Source of the DNA: Octopus vulgaris
Lineage: Eukaryota
Reading direction: 5' to 3'
Assembly (NCBI GenBank): GCA_951406725.2
Contig: OX597823.1
Location: forward strand, 87,854,001 to 87,918,000
DNA: 64,000 nt
Positions 56,112-64,000 of this stretch are shown here, in pieces. Position 1 is the first letter of the stretch; each line of letters starts with the position of its first letter. The translations under genes were made by a program, and so were the position numbers. A model generated the notes under the pieces. It saw only the letters and a program-made list of their open reading frames with translations, searched no databases and was not told the origin of the DNA.

Positions 56112-56866
56112 AGAAATATATATTATTAAAATGTTTTGAACGGGAATTCGTCCTTTAATTGGAATAGTTTCCAAAAGATTTCTAACGTCGTTGTTTCTTT
56201 ATAATTTACTTTAATTTTCTGGTGTAAATTAGCGGAGATATGAAAATATATATAAGCATATTAAGTATATTATTTAAATTATGAAACAAAGTTCAACAAA
56301 TTCAATCATAATTTCTGTAAATGGAGGAGATTAGATGTTAACATGGATTGAAATTATTTTTATTCATGTAGCTACGTGATCGTTTCATGCAGAAAGACAA
56401 TTGTTTCATTTTAAGAATCTGGGTTGTTAAAATGTATTCTTCTGTAGCAAATCTTAAGGAAAGGAAAAAAAGCAAAAAAGACGTTAGAATTACACAGGTA
56501 TTGTGTTCGTAATGTGTAATTTTACTTTGAATCATGTCTAGTATTGTTTTAAATAGACATGACTCTAAGAACAATTAGACATTACGAACACAATGCCTAT
56601 GTAATTCTAATGTCTATTTAGTTTTTCTTTTCTTCTATTAATTCTTGCTGCTGACGAAAACTTTTTGAAAAACCTGTTCCTTAATATGAATTTATTATCT
56701 TTCTGATATGAAACGATTGCATAGCTACATAAATAAAAATAATTCCAATCCATATTAACAGCTAATCTTCTCTATTTGCGAAAAGTATGATTGAATCTAT
56801 TGACCTTTGTTTTATAAGTTAAATCATATACTTTATTTATATATATATATATATTTATATATATAT

Positions 56867-57143
56867 GTAAATGTAATATGTGACAATTATTCAGTAGCCA
56901 TGATAAAAGTCCGAGTTTCGGATGCCGAGGTGGAAATCCACGCCGCCATCTCTTCAGTTATACGGCTACCGGAAAAATTCTATGAAAAATGATGGCGGCG
57001 TGGATTTACCCCTCGGCATCCGAAACCCGGAGTTTTATCATGGCTACCGAATAATTGTCACATATTACATTTACTGATAAATTCCTCTATTTACATAATA
57101 TCGAGGTCTCTTTCATTCTTTTGTTGTCTTACCATTTTTATCA
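56867..57143. mobile_element. Fold-back element (84-bp arms) between (TA)n tracts
   Basis: 56867-56950 is the reverse complement of 56991-57074 with few mismatches; unique tail to 57143. Confidence 0.9.
56894..56969 (-). ncRNA. Type I hammerhead ribozyme fold
   Basis: Minus strand: GTAGCCGTATAA-CTGAAGA-GATG..CATC-C-GAAA-CTCGGAC-TT-TTATCATGGCTAC; the 11.1-kb copy has stem III CTCGGAG. Confidence 0.7.
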
Positions 57144-58189
57144 ATATATATATATATATATATACGTAATGCATAACACAAAACACAAATAACGAAAGCA
57201 TGCACGCAAGTATAGTGTTGATACTACTCGAACATAAATAAATATATAGTTGTTAGCAAGCATCACATAGGAAACAGGCACTCGAACGCACAACTACGTG
57301 CATCTATACATCAATGGATATGATAATGAAGAAACACTTATACATTCAATCCATGGTATTTTGTAGGCTTAAATAGTGATGGTAATGACTTAAAATGATT
57401 GGTTTCGGTGGTTGGATATTTGTTGAAGTTTTAAATATATTGTTAATATAATTGTTAGCTGTGAGGGATGTACACGGTATCAAGAGATAAGTTGATGTTT
57501 GCAAATGAATACGAGGTTTTTACTGTATACGAATGGAAGTAAAGTTCATGGCTGTATTATGTTAGCGATCGCTATGATATACTTCTGTAAATAACTGAGA
57601 TTTGTAAAACCTATTTGACATAGATATGCAATTGTAAATTTTAGCACCTCATTTTATGCTAATGGTTTTAAATGACTGCAGGACACGGGGGTGGTTAGAT
57701 ACACTGATTTATACTTTAGAAAAGTATATGATGTCAAGGAAATCAAGGAGGTTTGCTACAGTTGCAATATTTAGGTGTGTTTCGTATTTCATGTTCGAAA
57801 ACATTTTCAAAACATTGTTGAGAAATAGACTAAAATTTGAGAGTATCTGATACTAGTAACCAAGAGTGACATTAAGAGGATCTATATGAAACAGAATAAT
57901 GAAAACTGGTATACATGGTTGTTCAGATTTTGAGGCACAATGTTTGAATGAAAGAAGTGCGAAGAAAATTTGATCAGCAATTGTAGTTGAAATTCTTATT
58001 GAGGAACAACTCGTAAAGCTGGGCGTGTTTCTGGATAAAACAGATATTATGAATGGCACCATACTGTACTTTGGGCTAAAGGAAGAAGCTACATTGGCTT
58101 AAAAACCTGACATTAGATGGAAGCCTTTCATTACTCAGTCCACATAACCACAACAATACCAAAACCGTCAATTCCTCCAAACTTGATTT

Positions 58190-58535
58190 CCCTGAGCTGT
58201 TCCAAATGTCCAGCCATCCTTTTGAGAGTGAATATCAGTGACTGCAACACTTGGGATTCAAAATCCCAAGGCTATTTAACATCTTACCAAAATACCTGAG
58301 ACGTCTACATGTAGTAGAGATAGATATTTTCAAGAAGCAACATGACTTCTGCTATACAAGCTCTCAGATACACCTACATTACGCCAAGGAAACTCAAAAG
58401 AGGGCAGTAGTATCACCCTCACTCCTACACCAAAAGCCAATCATAAGAGAATGGGATTTGAAAAGGTGATATTACTAGCGATGCTACAGCATGGCCATAG
58501 CATTTGCGCTGAAACGCTTGCAAAAATGAAAAAAT
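58190..58535 (+). pseudogene. CR1-group LINE ORF2 C-terminus and 3' UTR remnant
   Basis: LGFKIPRLFNILPKYLR..IDIFKKQHD..RAVVSPSLLHQ matches the (G)PRLFNxLP..FKxxLD pattern of CR1-type ORF2 ends; A-rich end. Confidence 0.7.
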
Positions 58536-60289
58536 AGAATGAAAATTAGAGATCATGAAAATTAGCAGCAACAATAAAAACAATCACAACACAATCTTCA
58601 AAATTAATAACAACAAAATGAACAAAGAAGATGAACACCGAAGCACAGAATGACAGTTCCGCAACTACTACACAATTTAAAAGCCATCCACTGTAAGTCT
58701 ACCAAAACACAAAATATAAAAAAAAAAACACCTGGAACCATTTACATAAGCATACAAAGCACTTTTCTCTGTCTCAGGTCATATCCAAGACATTGTTGAG
58801 AGATATGTTTTGGCAAGCTGTCAGTTGATTAGGACAGTCCCAACAAATACATAATCACTGATCAGTTTTGTGAGGAATATAGTTGCCTTTATTTTGGACA
58901 GGTAACACTTCTGCTTTTCATTCGTTTCTTAATCGAGTTTAACTGTGTTTTTCTAACTTTATTACGCGTGTTTAGGTAACTAGACGTCTGTCCTATTCTA
59001 ATTGCCGTCACATTACTTTTTAATAGTGATCTTTGTTTTACATTTTCTTCTTTTGTAAATACTCTTACATCTTTCTATTAATTCTCATCCATCGTTTCAT
59101 TACTGAGGTTCCCACCTGTGGGGAATATTTTTTCTCTACTACTTTCTTCATCGAGTAAGAGTGATATGGTTCTCTTTTCATGTTTCCATTATGAATATCA
59201 TGTTAACTTTAAAAAGTTAGCTTTGATCACTTTACTATCATGAGAGCAGTTTCTCACACACTTTTTCTTTTATTTTCCGTTATATCACCCCCACATACAA
59301 TCTGGCTGCTTGATACCTCTTTCAATTGTTGGTTCTTTAACTCTCCATCGGAGGGACTTCCAAAGGACAAGAGATATGTGAATGCATATTGCTTAAATTT
59401 CACTTTGAAACAGCTCAAACCAAGAAATAGAAATCATAGTTTCTGATACACATGCTGTCCGGATCATTTTCAGTTTATGCCCAACCACGTTATAGAAAGC
59501 AATGCTATTTCGGAAAGTTTGGATCTCGACGAACAGAAAATAGTGAATCCTGCCAAATGCAGCAAAAACTGTCTCTTGAGAGTACTTGCTATAACCTCGA
59601 CTTTGGAGTACTTGCATTTACATAGATGTAAGCCGGCCTAATATTTTTAAACGTCTAAAAACGTTTTTTGGAATATGCTACTCTTCGACCACCGAAGAGA
59701 GGCCGAATGTAATTTTAAACGCACGCTGGAAATAGACAACATTAACTGACAGGCGAGAGGGATTTAAAATCTAACAAAAATATTCACTGAATTCAAACTT
59801 TATGACAGATATCGACTAGATTCCATGAATGCACTATTTTTGGTGGGGACTAACTGCTTCCAAGAAGACAAACATATATGAATCGAGAGATTATTGGATC
59901 GGATGATGCATATCATTTGTGTACAAGTTTTTTCTTTTATAGTACGAGGTGCACAAATTAGCTTCGCAATATTTGAAGGGTTGGACATTGTCAAGCTAAA
60001 GGGTCTACATATCTTGTTTTGAATAATAAACTGCTATATCAACATTAATGACATGATGGCAGGAAAGATGTCTCACATATAAAGTGGGTATCGCTGTAAG
60101 GGTAGCAGTAAGGTAAATTAATTCTCCAAATTATTTTCAAGTAAAAAAACTCAACACAATCGGAAAATCCAGGAACGAATATTTCCTTTTGTAACTTAGG
60201 GGAACTGATGTTATATTACTGTGAACATTAATTTAACTGAGTAAGATGGTACAAAAGGTAATAATAGTAGTCATTTGACAACGACCATG

Positions 60290-60578
60290 ATACAGTGCTG
60301 CTTTAAACGATTTCGGTCACAGAAATCCACCTCAGGACTTGGTCTTTGTAAGCTAACTACTTATTCTATCGGTCTGTATTGCCGAACCGCTAGAGTACGG
60401 TGACATAAACACACCAGCAGTGGGCTACTTTCAGTTTCCGTCTACCAAATCCATTCGCAAGGCTATAGTCGACCCGATGCCATAGTAGAAGACGTATAAC
60501 GAAGGTGCCACGTAGTGGGACTGATCCCGAAACCATTGGGTTTGCAAGCAAGCTTCCTACCACATAGCTAGCCCCGCG
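60290..60578 (-). mobile_element. Family-B SINE, internally deleted
   Basis: TTATTCTATCGGTC..TTGCCGAACCGCTA..TTTCAGTTTCCGTCTACCAAATCC..AAGGTGCCACG. Confidence 0.85.
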
Positions 60579-60593
60579 TCTATACATATACAT

Positions 60594-60654
<61 letters not shown>

Positions 60655-60752
60655 CCATAATAATACTACCGGGAATTCTAAGGTTGAAGGAGATCTCTTT
60701 GTACTCTAATACTTTCTTAACAGGACACACGTCAACTATCTATCTATATATC

Positions 60753-60786
<34 letters not shown>

Positions 60787-60791
<5 letters not shown>

Positions 60792-61110
60792 GCACTCCGT
60801 CGGTTACGACGACGAGGGTTCCAGCTGATACGATCAACAGAACAGCTTGCTTTTGAAATTAACGTGCAAGTGGCTGAGCATTCCACAGACACGTGTACCC
60901 TTAACGTAGTTCGCAAGGAGATTCAGCGTGACACAGTGTGACAAGGCTGGCCATTTTTGAAATACAGGTACTACTCATTTTTGCCAGCTGAGTGGATTGG
61001 AGCTACGTGAAATCAAGTGTCTTGCTCAAGGACACAATGCGTCGCCAGGAATCGAACTCACAACATTATGATCATGAGCCGAATGCCCCTAACCACTAAG
61101 CCACGCGCCT
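60787..61110 (-). mobile_element. Full-length tRNA/CORE-like SINE
   Basis: Head GGCGCGTGGCTTAGTGGTTAGGG..GAGTTCGATTCCTGG; TTGTGTCCTTGAGCAAGACACTT; tail ending CGTAACCGACGGAGTGC. Confidence 0.9.
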
Positions 61111-61698
61111 ACATGTGTGTATATGTGTATATGTATATGTAAGTTGTCTGTGCGCGTGTCTTTGTGCTTCTCCTCCACTACCTTTTGACCACGGGTTTTG
61201 GTGTGTTGATTCTCCAGTATTGCCGCAGTCCAGTGACTTAAAGACGTGTCAGACACATGAATGTACCAAAACAACAGAGAACTTGGAAATTCAAGGACAT
61301 TCAATCCCTAAAACATGAACCCGAATTTAACACAATCAATACCATTGTATTCCTAACCTAAAGCACTTATCGTAATAGTTAGTTAATTTCCATTTCGTAC
61401 TTATTAGCAGGATCTATAAAGGATGAGAACATAGAGCTCAAAGGTGCATCGTGACAAATCAATGGAACTAATTAGCGAATGCAAAAATAAAAGAACCAGA
61501 ACCAGAAAGCACGAGCGATCCTCCTTGTCGGCAAAGAATGGACGAATGTGTAGAAAAAAATGATTTAATTAATATGCCCGGATTCTAAGATAGGAAATAG
61601 ATTACCATATATATATATGTATGTATATATGTATGTATATATGTATATACTTATATGTATATATATATGTATATATATATGTATGTATATATGTATAT

Positions 61699-61729
<31 letters not shown>

Positions 61730-62528
61730 TATGTATGTATATATGTATATATGTATGTATGTATATATGCATGTATGCATGTATGTATGTATTTGTATAT
61801 ATGTACATATACATATATACACATAATTTATAAACACACACATATATATATATACATATATGCATACTTATATATGTATGTCTATATGTATATATATATA
61901 TCTGTACATATACATATATGCATATACATTTATGAACACACACACATACATATTTGTATGTACGTAATTTATTCGTACTTATCGACAGGATCACTTCATC
62001 GGAAATCAAATAAATTAACGTATGTCGGATGAATGTAAAAAGATTCAGAACAGTAATAATGAGAATTAATGGAAGTGTGACTAGGAAATAATGATGCTGG
62101 TAGGTTAGAAAGTGCACAAGTGAAGCGAAAATGGAGGAGGTGACCACGGGGCCACAAGCTGACAAAGAAATTAATCATGTATGCATTCATTGAAATACGC
62201 ACACATATGGCTGTGCAAATACAGAGATACATATGTTTGTGTGTGCACGTAAGTGCATGCAGAAGGAGAGAGAGACCGAAAGAGCGAGAGGGACCGAGAG
62301 GGGCGAAGGTAGAGAGAGATATTAGCATTAATGGACTGCTATTTTATAGGTACTTCGATATCTCATTTCCTGAAACGATCTTCTGTGGTGTGTATCCATG
62401 ATATTAAGTATCAATCGTATGACTCCACATTTACATGATTTAAGTACTTCGTATAAACTAAGTACTTTTCCTGTCAAAAACAGTCACACTCACATATGTA
62501 TATACGCATGTATGTACGTCTGTATAAG

Positions 62529-62561
<33 letters not shown>

Positions 62562-63752
62562 TATTGTACCTATGTGTGTCTCTGTATATATATATATATA
62601 TATATATTCGTTTATATTTTACTTGTTGGAGTCATCAGACTGCGGTCATGCTGGGTTGTATATGATGCAATTATCTAATATAATTCTAAATCTCCACGTT
62701 TCAATAAGTGCGCAAATTATTTTTATTACGAACGATTAGTTTTAACGGGAACGTACCTATTTCATTACGTTACGCATTGTACGTGACATCTTGTAACCAA
62801 GTGCGACTTGATTCGAATTAAATTAATTGATGTATATGTACTAGTAAAGAAGATACTTCGAATTTTGTTTTCGTACTTTAATTTTAGAAGTTAACGTGAT
62901 TGTTTTTTTTTTTTTTTAAGCGATGTAAATATTGTACAGTTTGGCTCGAAATTAGTTTAAATTCAAATGGATGGATATAAGTCCATTGTGATTTTACATA
63001 CGTTAGGGAAACAACGCTGAGTGTGGATTCAACAGAGGGAAAATGTGAAATATATTTTTTATGCAAGGGAAATATTAGTGTACAACAACGATTGGCAACA
63101 CACTGTAACGTTAGATGAAGGGAATTTCTCTGAGGTAATGTGCAGTGTTATGGTTTAATAATGTGGATAGAAAATTCCTACAAATGTTCCTTCTCTAGAA
63201 TGAACTGACATATGTAAAAATAATATAATAAGAGTGACAAAAGAAAAAAAACAGGATAAGAAGGAAGGAAAGAATTGGAAGCAAAACAGAAGAGGAGATA
63301 AACAAATGGAAAGAGAAGAAATTTCAAACTATCTACTCTTTTAAAATATTTGCGATGTAAACATCCATTGGAATGAAAGCTAATATACGTATATCGCCTT
63401 TCACTCGAAATGTATTTTGTTATTTCGTTTTGCTGCTATTTTTCGTTGTTTCAACCAATGAAAGGACTAGATGGATATGAGAAGAGTTATGAATATTTGA
63501 TACGCTGTACCTTAAGTGTTTTTTGACAACAATTTAAGTTTCTTGTGGAGAAAAGAATATTCGTGAAGGATTATTGCTAAGCAACAGTATGAACCATGGA
63601 AGAAATGGCGCTGTCTAGGACCACCACTTGTTAAATCATATATGCAAAAATGCATCATGTATGTGTATAAATATATATACTCATGCATACACATAGACTC
63701 GCACACACACGTTCAAACTCTCTCACATGCACACACACACAAATACATACAA

Positions 63753-63802
<50 letters not shown>

Positions 63803-64000
63803 TGTTATATTTTTGGATATTTTTGGATGAACATCATTTTTCCAATTGAACACATGCACTATTTACCTACACTTCAGCTTTATTATTATTATTATTATTA
63901 CTATCGTTATTATTATCGTTAATAATTTATTTGACAGATTTTTGTCAAGCATTTTGTCTCCTGTTTCCTCCGATGTTCTGTCTGTTTTGATATAGTTGTA

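Noticed and set aside
61040-61110. tRNA gene (also SINE heads near 11760, 20300, 31400 and 33520)
   Set aside because: A/B-box-like heads run straight into SINE bodies and do not form complete cloverleaves.

Overview
A very AT-rich, microsatellite-saturated animal genomic window with no recognisable intact host gene. The repeat style (TA/CA/AAT microsatellites, several tRNA-derived SINE families, mariner, Penelope-like and CR1 relics) suggests a coleoid cephalopod such as Octopus; this is inference. Nearly all long ORFs in the track are microsatellite translations. Recognisable content: two decayed Penelope-like retroelements (PLEs), two mariner relics, a CR1-type LINE 3' end, hAT-, Merlin- and mariner-type MITEs, a non-autonomous Helitron, about 20 SINE copies, compound minisatellites and a few weak exon candidates on the minus strand. 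The most interesting signal is a set of unrelated short elements, mostly beside (TA)n tracts, that carry type-I hammerhead ribozyme folds with palindromic stem III. Several occur as long fold-back pairs, and one family has a compensatory G3-C8 catalytic core (GUGANCA instead of CUGANGA). All folds were done by eye; coordinates of decayed repeats are approximate.
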